A DNA stretch of 54,727 nucleotides, from the NCBI GenBank assembly GCA_041750655.1, contig JBGSYZ010000010.1, positions 1-54,727 of the forward strand, in the 5' to 3' direction. The DNA comes from Minisyncoccia bacterium (GTDB lineage Bacteria; Patescibacteriota; Minisyncoccia; Phycocordibacterales; UBA918). Shown here piece after piece: positions 37,567 through 47,326 of the stretch (within the stretch, counting starts at the first letter, position 1; each line of letters begins with the position of its first letter). A program made the translations under genes and the position numbers. Below the pieces are notes generated by a model, which was not told the DNA's origin, ran no database searches, and worked only from the letters and a program-made list of their open reading frames with translations.

Positions 37567-39813
37567 TTATTTTTTAGGCCAACTAGCGACTATTAACAAT
37601 TCTTGATCTTTCATTTCTTTCGGAAGTTCTTGCCAAATAGTCTCAGTTACAAACGGCATAAAGGGGTGCATCATTTTTAAGTTCTCTACGAGTAGGTGAC
37701 ATAATAGCCAACCTCGTACCTGCCGCGCTTCCTGGTCGCTACTATTGAGGATATCTTTGCTCTCTTCAATGATAACGTCAGCAAAAGTGTGCCAGAGATA
37801 GTGATAGGCTTTTTCAGCGGCAATATACAAATTAAATCTTTCTATATCATTAGATACCTCTGCAACTACAGCGTGGAATTCCTTTCTAATTGCAAGCTCT
37901 CGTTCTGAAAATGAACTGAGAGGTGGTTCAGTGGTCACATCAATACCACTAGTGTTGGTAAGTACGAAGCGACTGATGTTCCAGATTTTGTTAGCAAATT
38001 TTTTGTAGCCGCGAATTTTATCTTCCGAAAGTGGCATGTCGTTGCCGGGAGCGGCACCGATAATGAGTGATAGGCGAGTGGCATCAGCCCCGTACTTTTG
38101 GATCATATCGAGCGGATTAATGGTATTTCCCAGCGACTTACTCATCTTGCGATTTTTGTCGTCACGAACCAGGCCGTGTAAGTACACATTTTTAAATGGT
38201 ACTTGTCCAAGTAAAAACGAGCTCATGAGCACCATACGCGCCACCCAGAAAAAGAGGATATCGTAGCCAGTTTCCAGTACAGTCGTAGGATGATACGTTT
38301 TCATATCGGCTGTTTCTTCTGGCCAACCGAGAGTAGAGAAGGTCCAAAGACCACTAGAGAACCAAGTATCAAGAGTGTCAGGATCTTGCACCCACCCTTC
38401 ACCCGGCGAAATTTTCTGAACCACTATTTCTCCATCCTTGAACCAGGCAGGTATACGATGTCCATACCAAATTTGGCGCGAAATACACCAGTCTCGAAGG
38501 TTATCAATCCAATGGTAGTAGGTTTTATTGAAGCGGTCAGGGAAGATAGATACACCGCCATTTTCAACCGCTTTCTTCAATAATGTTTTGAGGGTGACAG
38601 TGTCGCCCTCATTAATACCGGGGATTTCTGATGGTCCCATTGAAAATTCTTTGTGTACATCAACGAACCACTGTTCCTTTATTTGTGGTTCAATCATCCC
38701 GCCCCCACGACTATTAGTAGCAACATTGTGAGTGTATGTTTCGTCAACCTTTTCCACCAAACCCTTTTCAGTCATTTTCTCTACAATGGCCGCTCGCGCT
38801 TTTTTGATATGTTGACCGGCAAACTCCCCAGCAATAGGTAAGAGTACACCGCGTTCATCGATGATTTGTTCCCAGTCTAGTTTGTGTCTTTGGGCAATCT
38901 CAAAATCAACCGCACTATGCCACGGTGTAATAGTCATCACCCCAGTACCCACTTCTGGATCAACGGCTTCATCTTTAATGATAGTGGCCGTTATGGGACC
39001 ATTAATCCACTCTACTTCTATGTGTTGTCCGTGTTGGTACTCTGTATAGCGAGCATCATCGGGATGCATTACGACGTATTTGTCACCAAATTTTGTCTCT
39101 GGCCGCACGGTACCAATGGTAAAAGGTCCGTATTTAAAGTAATAAAACGGGCTGTTTTTTTCCTCGTATTCAATCTCGTCATCAGACACCGTAGTCTGCA
39201 TATTTGGGTCCCAGTTGACTATGCGACCACCACGATAGATGAGCCCGGCTTCATACATACGGATAAACGCTTCCATCACCGCGTTGTATCGAGTGTCATC
39301 TAGGGTAAACGCATAGCGACTCCAGTCCATACTCGCTCCCATTTTTTTAGTCTGTCCGATGATGGTGTCTTTACTTTCTTCAGCAAAAGCACCAATTCGT
39401 TTTAGTAGTTCTTCACGGCCAATATCATCACGTCGCTTTTTTTCTTCCTTATATAAAATACCTTCTACTTTTGATTGGGTAGCCAGAGCGGCTGAGTCAG
39501 TGCCTGGAATCCAGAGTGTACGCTTACCACACATACGGTTGTACCGTACCAAGATGTCTTCAATGGCCAACATCGCACCGTGTCCCATATGGAGTGTACC
39601 GGTAACATTCGGGGGAGGGAGAACAATAGAAAAAGTCTCGGCGTCAGCTTTAGTAATACCTTTTTCTATACAAACATCAGGATTAAAAAAACCAGATTTT
39701 TCCCACATAGCGTACAGTTTATCTTCGTGTCCGCTCGGTTCGTAAGGTTGTAAGAAAATCTCAGGGATGTTGGGCTGTTGGGCTTCCTTGTCCATAGAAT
39801 TCGATAGTACCAT
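37567..39813 (-). CDS. valS: Valine--tRNA ligase (lacks the C-terminal coiled-coil arm)
   Basis: PPPNVTGTLHMGH, DWCISRQIWYGHRIP, DTWFSS, KMSKSLGN. Confidence 0.96.
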   Translation of the reverse strand: MVLSNSMDKEAQQPNIPEIFLQPYEPSGHEDKLYAMWEKSGFFNPDVCIEKGITKADAETFSIVLPPPNVTGTLHMGHGAMLAIEDILVRYNRMCGKRTLWIPGTDSAALATQSKVEGILYKEEKKRRDDIGREELLKRIGAFAEESKDTIIGQTKKMGASMDWSRYAFTLDDTRYNAVMEAFIRMYEAGLIYRGGRIVNWDPNMQTTVSDDEIEYEEKNSPFYYFKYGPFTIGTVRPETKFGDKYVVMHPDDARYTEYQHGQHIEVEWINGPITATIIKDEAVDPEVGTGVMTITPWHSAVDFEIAQRHKLDWEQIIDERGVLLPIAGEFAGQHIKKARAAIVEKMTEKGLVEKVDETYTHNVATNSRGGGMIEPQIKEQWFVDVHKEFSMGPSEIPGINEGDTVTLKTLLKKAVENGGVSIFPDRFNKTYYHWIDNLRDWCISRQIWYGHRIPAWFKDGEIVVQKISPGEGWVQDPDTLDTWFSSGLWTFSTLGWPEETADMKTYHPTTVLETGYDILFFWVARMVLMSSFLLGQVPFKNVYLHGLVRDDKNRKMSKSLGNTINPLDMIQKYGADATRLSLIIGAAPGNDMPLSEDKIRGYKKFANKIWNISRFVLTNTSGIDVTTEPPLSSFSERELAIRKEFHAVVAEVSNDIERFNLYIAAEKAYHYLWHTFADVIIEESKDILNSSDQEARQVRGWLLCHLLVENLKMMHPFMPFVTETIWQELPKEMKDQELLIVASWPKK

Positions 39814-39857
39814 GATTTATGGCTGTAAAAAAGGTTAATTTGCTAGAATGTTTTATT

Positions 39858-39941
39858 AAAAACCTCCACAAAGGACCGGTATACTAGGGAAATGAATCTC
39901 AAAAAGAGATTGTAGTAGCCCGGTCCTTTGTGGAGGCTTTT
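39858..39941. repeat. Long branched hairpin between tsaD and valS
   Basis: Perfect 17-bp inverted repeat cctccacaaaggaccgg 39863-79 / 39920-36. Confidence 0.75.
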
Positions 39942-40016
39942 CTCAAATTAAAAAACAGGACAAGAAGTCCTGCGTCTCTGACCGTGTTATATACTTTCCT
40001 GTTAAAAATGCAAGCA

Positions 40017-41198
40017 TTATTCGTCTGCTATTGAACGATTTCCGTTAGCTCGAATGAAAGTTGCTGCCGCAGCATTAGCTCCCTTATCAAGATGAGCATG
40101 ACCAGCTAAAGCAATCATGATTGAATTATCTGTTGAGAGCCCCGGGTTTGGGGTGTAGACAGTAATATCTGGGTGGGTAATTAAAAAATGACGTTTAAAT
40201 TCTTGCATCAGGAATTTGTTCGCGGAAACGCCGCCGCCGATAATGATGGTGCGACCTCCGTATTTCTCCACAGCGTCTTTCGTTTTCTTTATGAGAACGT
40301 CGCGCACAGCGTCTTCAAAATCTCGAGCCAAAGCTTTTTTGTCGTCGTCGGTTAATTCTTTTCCTTCCACGGCATAGCGTACTGAAGTCTTCAGTCCAGA
40401 AAAAGAAAAATCTAAATCATCAGAGTTAATCATCGGACGAGGGAGGTCAGCTTTGAACGGAGGAAGGTTACGTTGGCGGCCTTCGGCCGCCAACGTACTT
40501 ATCTCCGGACCACCGGGGTACGGCAAGCCAATCAAGCGAGCAACTTTATCAAATGCTTCACCAACAGCATCATCACGAGTTTGTCCGACTTTTTCATACT
40601 GCACCCAATCTTTCATGAGGATGAGTTCGGTGTGTCCACCAGAGATAAGTAGCACAATAGCAGGGAAGAGAATGGGGGTAAGTTTATTATCTTCCTCAAT
40701 ATCAAAAATACTCGCCAGCACGTGACCTTCCATGTGATTGACGGGAATCATTTTTATTTTCCAAAGGTAGCTCAGTGCTTTAGCAAAATTAACCCCGACC
40801 CAGAGGGCTGGTTCTAGGCCTGGTCCAGCGGTGACAGCGATGATGTCTATTGGTGGTACACCGTGTCCATTATGAAAAGTAATAAGTTGCTCGGCTAGGG
40901 TTGGTTCACGCTCTAGGATTTTACGTAACTCCACTTCTTGTTCCGGGTAGAGAGCTGGGGAGTAGTCTTTTTCAAATCCAGCTTCACCTAGCGCTTTTTC
41001 GAGCATAGGTACAATAGTGGCGGCGTGTTCGCGCTTCGCGAGCGCTGGGAACACGCCGCCATACTCTCGGTGGATATCAATTTGTGAAAAAAGAGCGTTG
41101 CCTAAAAGTTCGTATGTAGCCTCCGGAAAGTCACCAAAAGCTTCAATAATGCTCACAGCTGTTTCATCACAAGATGTCTCAATTGATAGGATTTTCAT
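40017..41198 (-). CDS. tsaD: tRNA N6-adenosine threonylcarbamoyltransferase
   Basis: ILSIETSCDET, GPGL, NHMEGH, SGGHT, DDAVGEAFDKVAR, TDNSIMIA. Confidence 0.96.
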   Translation of the reverse strand: MKILSIETSCDETAVSIIEAFGDFPEATYELLGNALFSQIDIHREYGGVFPALAKREHAATIVPMLEKALGEAGFEKDYSPALYPEQEVELRKILEREPTLAEQLITFHNGHGVPPIDIIAVTAGPGLEPALWVGVNFAKALSYLWKIKMIPVNHMEGHVLASIFDIEEDNKLTPILFPAIVLLISGGHTELILMKDWVQYEKVGQTRDDAVGEAFDKVARLIGLPYPGGPEISTLAAEGRQRNLPPFKADLPRPMINSDDLDFSFSGLKTSVRYAVEGKELTDDDKKALARDFEDAVRDVLIKKTKDAVEKYGGRTIIIGGGVSANKFLMQEFKRHFLITHPDITVYTPNPGLSTDNSIMIALAGHAHLDKGANAAAATFIRANGNRSIADE

Positions 41199-41271
41199 GG
41201 AAGCACTATACTAAAAAGTGGATTGAAAAGATAGAAATGCTATACTGAAAGTAGTTCAGTTTGGAGGTGAC

Positions 41272-41463
41272 ATGGAAAAAATATCTATCGGCCGTGACGA
41301 AGTGGCAGCGACAGTGTTCGTTGTTGTGTGCGCATTCTTCGTAATCGGGGTGACGGTCTACGCTGTGGTGTGTCCCAGCGTGGCACGAGTGTTTTGTGCT
41401 ATGACTCAACACAAAACACTCGAACGAGGCTTTTGCACACGTTGTGGAGTGAAGGTCCATTAA
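41272..41463 (+). CDS. Small TM protein with a C-terminal Cys motif
   Basis: GGAGG RBS, TM helix, FCTRCG, terminator downstream. Confidence 0.55.
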   Translation: MEKISIGRDEVAATVFVVVCAFFVIGVTVYAVVCPSVARVFCAMTQHKTLERGFCTRCGVKVH

Positions 41464-41595
41464 TGAGATGGCGGGTGGCTGGTTCAACCCGCCACTCGCT
41501 TTTTATATTAAAGTTAACAAAAACTCGCAACACATTCGTAAGTGCTCGTCTATATATTTTGTGGTGCAACATGCACCACATGTCTCCCCGACATT

Positions 41596-41671
41596 TGGTG
41601 ACCGGTACAAGACTTGAACTTGTGACCTCTACAATGTCAATGTAGCGCTCTACCAGCTGAGCTAACCGGTC
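41596..41671 (-). tRNA. tRNA-Val(GAC), CCA encoded
   Basis: gaccggttagctcagctggtagagcg...ttGACat...gttcaagtcttgtaccggtcacca. Confidence 0.95.
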
Positions 41672-41804
41672 TGGTGTTTTGTTCGACAGGCCTCAAAATG
41701 GAAATAATTGAAGTGCCCTGGAGACATTTTAATAGATATCATTCCGTGTCATCGTACAAAAGTGCTAAGATAATAGCATATTGGTTTTAATAATCGAATA
41801 CTAT

Positions 41805-42128
41805 ATGGGACGTGAAGAATTTCCGGGAACCTGGAGTCAAAGTGCTGAAAAAGTGATGGCGAATAGAGATGAGCAATTAAGTGGATTAGACAGCAAGATT
41901 GTCTATGTGCGCAGTTACGTAGAAGACGCTTTTAGTGATGATTCCGTTCGTACTTATGTTACAGGTGACAATATTGTTGGAAAGGTAGGTGGAAATATTG
42001 AAAAGGCACAAAAATATGCAGAGCGAAATCCCAAAGTAATACCTGGTGACTTAAGAGAGATGGGAGATGAATACCCGGCTGCTTTTATACTTTGTCTAGC
42101 TGATAAAATTGATCAGAATTTAAATTAA
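41805..42128 (+). CDS. Hypothetical protein
   Basis: ORF with natural composition. Confidence 0.6.
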   Translation: MGREEFPGTWSQSAEKVMANRDEQLSGLDSKIVYVRSYVEDAFSDDSVRTYVTGDNIVGKVGGNIEKAQKYAERNPKVIPGDLREMGDEYPAAFILCLADKIDQNLN

Positions 42129-42276
42129 GTTTAGTCGATAGGGCAAGTTTGTGAAATGGTGTACTTTTCCAAACTGGTACTACGTACCAAAGGTTGTGGG
42201 AGCACCAGGCCGGCGGATTCTTGGCTGAGTAGCCGTGTTATTATTTTAAATAGATACCCTAATAAAACTGGAGACA

Positions 42277-42612
42277 GTGATGGCTAGTCCGACCCCTAAA
42301 TTGGTCTCAGTGACCAACAGTAATGCTCTCGTGCAAAAGCCACCGCAGCTTAGTGCGGAGGAAGAGTCGCTTATCGAAATTTTACGGGAATTTCGTTATC
42401 CTGGAGCGGATACGTTCTTAAACAAGTGGCGAGCCGGAGAAACCCCGGGAACACTGTTTGATATCTTGAGGCAAGAAATCAAACCCCTCCATGAACTTTT
42501 TAAAGATATGGAAAATCTTCAACTGAGGTTTGAAGAATTATCCGCCAAAGACACCACCGGTCTTCTAGTGGCTGAATTCCGGGCTCGTCTCAATCAGATG
42601 GTAAGAAAGTAA
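42277..42612 (+). CDS. Hypothetical protein
   Basis: GGAG RBS, helical protein, terminator hairpin downstream. Confidence 0.6.
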   Translation: MMASPTPKLVSVTNSNALVQKPPQLSAEEESLIEILREFRYPGADTFLNKWRAGETPGTLFDILRQEIKPLHELFKDMENLQLRFEELSAKDTTGLLVAEFRARLNQMVRK

Positions 42613-42704
42613 ATGCAAAACCGGCGCCCTGAAAGTTTTGGGGGCGCCGGTAAAATTGTATATGTAGAGATGATATACTTTTACTAATTAAGGCGTTCCT
42701 ATTT

Positions 42705-43310
42705 TTGGAGCTCACCGTTATCTTCGCTACGTCTTTTTTGCTGACAATCCAGCTCTTCTATAATTGCCTCAATGAAACCCATTTTATGGCGATTGGACTA
42801 CTGGGTGGTATTACTGCTTTGATAGCACTGGTAGCAGGGTACTCGCCGTCACCGACCACTATCGCTCTCTATTTTGCCCTGTCTATCTGTGCTATAGGTT
42901 TCTTCTTATATAATCTAGCCATCGGTTACATTGTGTATGACTTTGGGGCGGTATCGCGTAATATTTTTGTAGAGAAAGAAGTTACCAGTATACTCAAAAA
43001 TCTTCCCAAATACGCTGAGCGCTCACACGATAAATATGGTAGCTATGAGCACGTTTGTCGTAACGAAAGTTTTGTCTTTGTGCCGGCTGCTATCGAGACC
43101 GCACACTCAGATGAAAGTTGTTATGGCCCCCTCGCTTTCCTCCTTTTCGATAAGGAAAATCCGCCCAGATATTTTGATTGCAAGGCTGATGATATTGGTT
43201 GGCGAGTAGAGTCGCAAATTCCAGATGCGGAAGAATATCTGTGTATCGACACAAGGCGACAAGTCCTAATGAACAAATTTTCAAGAGGAGAGGAGACTAG
43301 TTGTCGGTAA
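42705..43310 (+). CDS. Membrane protein with a Cys-containing pilin-like C-terminal domain
   Basis: 3 TM helices, then GSYEHVC...C....W.VES......YLCID. Confidence 0.65.
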   Translation: MELTVIFATSFLLTIQLFYNCLNETHFMAIGLLGGITALIALVAGYSPSPTTIALYFALSICAIGFFLYNLAIGYIVYDFGAVSRNIFVEKEVTSILKNLPKYAERSHDKYGSYEHVCRNESFVFVPAAIETAHSDESCYGPLAFLLFDKENPPRYFDCKADDIGWRVESQIPDAEEYLCIDTRRQVLMNKFSRGEETSCR

Positions 43311-43404
43311 GGATTCTAGTGAAATAAGTTGAGTAGTTATATTTCTGGTTCGTTTTTAAGACAGAGACCAGAGCATTTAACTTCTGTAAAACTACTTAAT
43401 TATT

Positions 43405-44055
43405 CTAAATATTTTTTAGTTTCCAAAATACAAAAATAATAAGCAGAAGTACAATCAAACCAGTCAGGTATGACAAATTAGGGGCATATACTGACGCGCT
43501 GTGTCCGAGTAAAATTGTAAATGTGCTTAATAGAGAGATACCAGCCGTCCAAGGAAAAATATAATTTTTAAGTTTTACACCAGATAAAGCAGCTGTATAC
43601 GCTGTGATATTGGTGGTGCTCACCGGCACTACCCCTAATAAAAATATTGTATATGGTGTTAGTGTACCTTTAAGTTTATCGATCTCTCTAGAAATTTTAG
43701 GTAAACGGTTTTTGTTTATAAAATGACCAATAATTTTTTTACCAATCATGTAGTTACCAAAGGCACCGATGAATTCACCGATGACTGTCAGTAAAACTGC
43801 TAGATACGGATTAAAAATATAACCAGCCACAACCCCGAGTGCACTACTTGGAAAAAAGCTTAAAGAAATGCTGGCGACTAATAGAATATACACTAACCAA
43901 GACCAAACACCGGCGCTGGTGACAAGGTTTTCAATATTTGCTTTACTAAAAAAATTAGTTTCGATAACCTCTTCGGTGACTGAGTATAGTAAAAACACCA
44001 ACACTATTAGAGTAATTGCATACATTAAAATTTTGTATAAGCGTATTTTGGGCAC
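43405..44055 (-). CDS. TVP38/DedA (VTT domain) membrane protein
   Basis: FFPSS.L...AGYIF, GAFGNY.IG. Confidence 0.8.
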   Translation of the reverse strand: MPKIRLYKILMYAITLIVLVFLLYSVTEEVIETNFFSKANIENLVTSAGVWSWLVYILLVASISLSFFPSSALGVVAGYIFNPYLAVLLTVIGEFIGAFGNYMIGKKIIGHFINKNRLPKISREIDKLKGTLTPYTIFLLGVVPVSTTNITAYTAALSGVKLKNYIFPWTAGISLLSTFTILLGHSASVYAPNLSYLTGLIVLLLIIFVFWKLKNI

Positions 44056-44196
44056 TGACGTATTGTACTAGGTGAAATATTTTCTTGCACATTAAAAATA
44101 AATTTTAATTATTGCACTAAGAAAGTAATGTGTCCTTAAGTATATTATAAAGAGTTGAGGCGCCCGCTTGCGGGCGCCTCTCAAACCAAAAAGATC

Positions 44197-44448
44197 TCAA
44201 TGAAATGTTATGTCCCGCACATCAACTACGTTTCGCCAATCTCCGGGGGAAATCAATTTGCGATGTACAAATTTAACTGAATGCAATGGCCCTTCAATTT
44301 TTTTCTGCCAAAACTCAATGAATTTAAACAGTTCTGGATAATCGGGGGCTAAATCATATTCCTGCCAAAGAAATGTGTTGAGGACGTTGCGATAATCTGG
44401 CATTCGATAAAAAAGTTGCGCAGTGGTGAGCCCATAACCCCTGAGCAT
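44197..44448 (-). CDS. usg: Usg family protein (N-terminus possibly frameshifted)
   Basis: (SETEL)MLRGYGLTTA..FYRMPD...LNTFLWQEYDLAPDYP.L..F..FW...IEGPLHSV. Confidence 0.85.
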   Translation of the reverse strand: MLRGYGLTTAQLFYRMPDYRNVLNTFLWQEYDLAPDYPELFKFIEFWQKKIEGPLHSVKFVHRKLISPGDWRNVVDVRDITFH

Positions 44449-44801
44449 GAGCTCAGTTTCAGAGCGATTACTATCGACATTTCAACACTCCTCAGTTAAG
44501 GTTAAGACTTACGAACTGGTGGCCTAAAAACAGTCGTTTTATTTTGGTCGCGGTTCTTTTTTTCTCGAATTGTGCCCCTCATTATTGCCGTCCTCTCTGC
44601 TGGTGAGTTTTAAACAACAAGCTCTATTTTTGTTATATACCTTGGCAAAGCATAGTGCAAATTTTGCATGTGATTAATCTTAAACCCTACCGAGATTAAT
44701 CACGGTAGGGTTTAAAATATTGATGTGATCCAATAACGTGGCTTTCAGAATTCATTAGTGAAAAAGAACATGTTACAAAAAATGTTTTTATATAGAAAAA
44801 G

Positions 44802-45293
44802 TTACAGCAAGAGTTCATATTGAGGTAGTAAGCGTCCTTCAATACTGGTAGAGGGGACTTCACCGGTTTTGACAGCACCCATTTTTTTGTAAAAACCAGC
44901 TGCATGTGGATCACTATCTATAACCAACTTTTCATAGCCACGGCTTTTAGCAATCAGTTTAGCGGCGGTAAGAAGTTCAGTTCCAAAACCGCGATTCATA
45001 TAGTTTGGTTGAATAAAAAGTGCCTCCAAACTGCCTGAGCTTTCTTTTTCTGGCTTTACAAAAGCAAATCCAACGACTACGCTATCCTCCTCTTTAACCA
45101 GGATAATGTTGTCACTATTTGCAATTTGTTTTGGAGTGATGGTGAGTTCTGCTCGGCATGCTTTCATAAAATCAGAGCTGTAACCCCAGTGTGCTTTCGC
45201 GGCCAGTGAAATAGAAGTTAATAGATCGGCTTGTTCAGCTTTTGCACAGACGATACTGCTTGCCAGTCTTTCCTCCTGCAGGACTTTTTTCAT
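44802..45293 (-). CDS. GNAT family N-acetyltransferase
   Basis: KAHWGY, LFIQP.YMNRGFG, DSDPHAAGFY.KMGA. Confidence 0.92.
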   Translation of the reverse strand: MKKVLQEERLASSIVCAKAEQADLLTSISLAAKAHWGYSSDFMKACRAELTITPKQIANSDNIILVKEEDSVVVGFAFVKPEKESSGSLEALFIQPNYMNRGFGTELLTAAKLIAKSRGYEKLVIDSDPHAAGFYKKMGAVKTGEVPSTSIEGRLLPQYELLL

Positions 45294-45366
45294 TTTTTGA
45301 TTGTATCAGACCTGAACATTCTTTGGGATACCGTGAAATACGTTGAAAAATATAGCTTCTTATTTT

Positions 45367-45555
45367 GTGATCCCACGGGAATCTTTCATTACATGAACGG
45401 TACAGGTTGTCACGATTTTTCATTCTTCAAAATCGTAGGCAACCTTTTCGATTCCCACGTAAGAGTGTCCCACGCTCTTACTCGTGGAATCACAGCGAGT
45501 TTTACATACGAAAAAACGGCTCTAATGAGCCGTTTTTTCGGTAAAACTTACGCTG
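45367..45555. mobile_element. Fold-back mini-element at the tRNA-Glu 3' end
   Basis: Direct copy gtgatcccacgggaatc 45367-83; inverted copy ttcgattccc + hairpin + cgtggaatcac 45447-93. Confidence 0.7.
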
Positions 45556-45627
45556 TGATCCCACGGGGAATCGAACCCCGATTTCCAGGATGAAAACCTG
45601 ATGTCCTAACCGTTAGACGATGGGACC
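45556..45627 (-). tRNA. tRNA-Glu(TTC)
   Basis: ggtcccatcgtctaacggttaggaca...ttTTCat...ggttcgattccccgtgggatca. Confidence 0.95.
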
Positions 45628-45773
45628 CTAAAACAATCCGGGGGATTGTTTTAGTTGAGTACAATACTCAACACCAATCACCACCGAGTTGTATTGCAGA
45701 CAAAAGCCTACAAGGTGGCCCAAATCATAACAAAATACGACAAAAAAGCTAGTCTAAAATAAGAGCGTCCGAT

Positions 45774-46229
45774 TTACGAACGCCCAGTATTTTTCCTTCG
45801 ATATGGACTGTTTGTACGAAATCGTAGCCCAAACTCACCAGCTTTATTCATTATTTTTTTCACGAGCTTACACTTGTTGGGTTCACTAAGATTTTTCGCA
45901 CCCAACATAAAGAACTCGTCTTGTTCAAGTTCAAGAGCTGCCATTATTTTTTTCAGTTCCTCTGTTCGAAGATTTTTGCGAACATCTCTTGCTCGGTCAA
46001 TTACCATCTCTGAGACTTCCGCGAGAGAGGAGATGCTGATCCGGGTTATTTTCATATCGGTGAGCAGGTACTCTATTGCTTGGGCAGACTTAACTCTTTC
46101 AATACCGTCGACTAGTGACTCTTTCTTACCAACAACAGGCATGGTTTTTGGTATGTCTTTTGGTGGCAAGCGACTACCAGTTTGTCGAAAGTCTTCATAA
46201 CTGGCTGCCAGGCTTACTTTTCTTGGCAT
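45774..46229 (-). CDS. Hypothetical basic protein, possible HTH
   Basis: ISISSLAEVSEM.IDR...KKIMAALEL resembles an XRE-type HTH. Confidence 0.55.
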   Translation of the reverse strand: MPRKVSLAASYEDFRQTGSRLPPKDIPKTMPVVGKKESLVDGIERVKSAQAIEYLLTDMKITRISISSLAEVSEMVIDRARDVRKNLRTEELKKIMAALELEQDEFFMLGAKNLSEPNKCKLVKKIMNKAGEFGLRFRTNSPYRRKNTGRS

Positions 46230-46320
46230 GATAAGGCATCCTTTCTTTTACCAGAATCTAAACCTACTCTACCAAAAGATTGATATAAAGCTAGGGTAAA
46301 AATCTGGTACACTTTAACCA

Positions 46321-46833
46321 ATGGTATCAAGATTGTTTCTTAAACTAGCTTTTATTGTACTGCTCTTATTTTCAAGCTTTCGGTTGTACACGAGTCCACC
46401 ACATTGGACATTCATCAGTAGCGTAAATTTAATTTTTCACGAAGCAGGTCACGCTATCTTTTTTGTATTTGGTAATTTTATGCATGTGCTCGGTGGAACG
46501 TTAGGGGAGTTACTTATCCCCCTGGCTATAATTTTTCATTTTTTGCGACAGGGACATAGATTCGCTTTAGGGTTTTCTCTTTGGTGGCTTTCGACAGCCT
46601 TATTTAATGTAAGTATATATGCCGCTGATGCTCAGGAAAGAGTACTGCCGCTTATTACTGGTGACCCAGGTACACACGATTGGTGGTATCTACTTAATGT
46701 ATTGGGAATCATCGAGCACGACAACTTAGTTGGAAACATATTTTTTGTGCTTAGTGTGTGTGTGCTGTGGTATGCGATTGTGGTATTCTATAGAGACTTA
46801 CGGGCAGACATTCAGTCTTTGGTAAAAGTGTAA
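46321..46833 (+). CDS. Membrane protein with HExxH (M50-like peptidase)
   Basis: FHEAGH, LGGT, Y.ADA...LPL, HDW..LL. Confidence 0.85.
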   Translation: MVSRLFLKLAFIVLLLFSSFRLYTSPPHWTFISSVNLIFHEAGHAIFFVFGNFMHVLGGTLGELLIPLAIIFHFLRQGHRFALGFSLWWLSTALFNVSIYAADAQERVLPLITGDPGTHDWWYLLNVLGIIEHDNLVGNIFFVLSVCVLWYAIVVFYRDLRADIQSLVKV

Positions 46834-46956
46834 GTTTTGTTTTTACCAAAATTTACTAAAATATTGCCACCACCTGTCAACCCATCTATCTACATAGTTT
46901 TACCTGGTTTTATTGGACTACTTATCTCCATAGTTTTACAGTAGTTATGCAGGGTT

Positions 46957-46965
46957 TTATCCACA
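46957..46965 (+). promoter_or_regulatory. DnaA box followed by an AT-rich tract
   Basis: Perfect TTATCCACA with degenerate boxes upstream. Confidence 0.4.
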
Positions 46966-47058
46966 GCCCTTTGAAATAGCTATATTTTTAAACGTATTTA
47001 AAATTTAAAAAATTGAAGTCTCACACTCTTGACGTGGGAAGTAGTTGTGTCAAGCTAA

Positions 47059-47180
47059 GTGGAGTCATACGTGTGTGGTGTTTATCTCCAAATACTATGT
47101 TTCTCTTAGAAGAAACGGAGGCACGTGTGGCAATAAAGCTCTACGTTGTACAGCAAAAGGCCCCCTCGGGGGCCTTTTGC
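47059..47180 (+). ncRNA. Candidate small structured RNA with terminator
   Basis: 11-bp stem gtcatacgtgt/gcacgtgtggc with G-U pairs encloses two hairpins; TTGACG upstream; GC hairpin terminator 47153-47180. Confidence 0.45.
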
Positions 47181-47326
47181 TTTAAGTGACTCAACGAGCA
47201 AAGCGACTATGAGGAACTTACACAGGACATTTGAGATAAATTCGAGACCTAACGAGAATTTATCCAAATGTGTCGGGAAAACATGTTGGTAAACTAGTAA
47301 TTCCGGTCTTAGAAAATTTTATAAAA

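Noticed and set aside
37567-37700. valS as a truncated pseudogene
   Set aside because: Catalytic and anticodon-binding domains are intact; a short ValRS without the coiled-coil arm is a recognised natural form.
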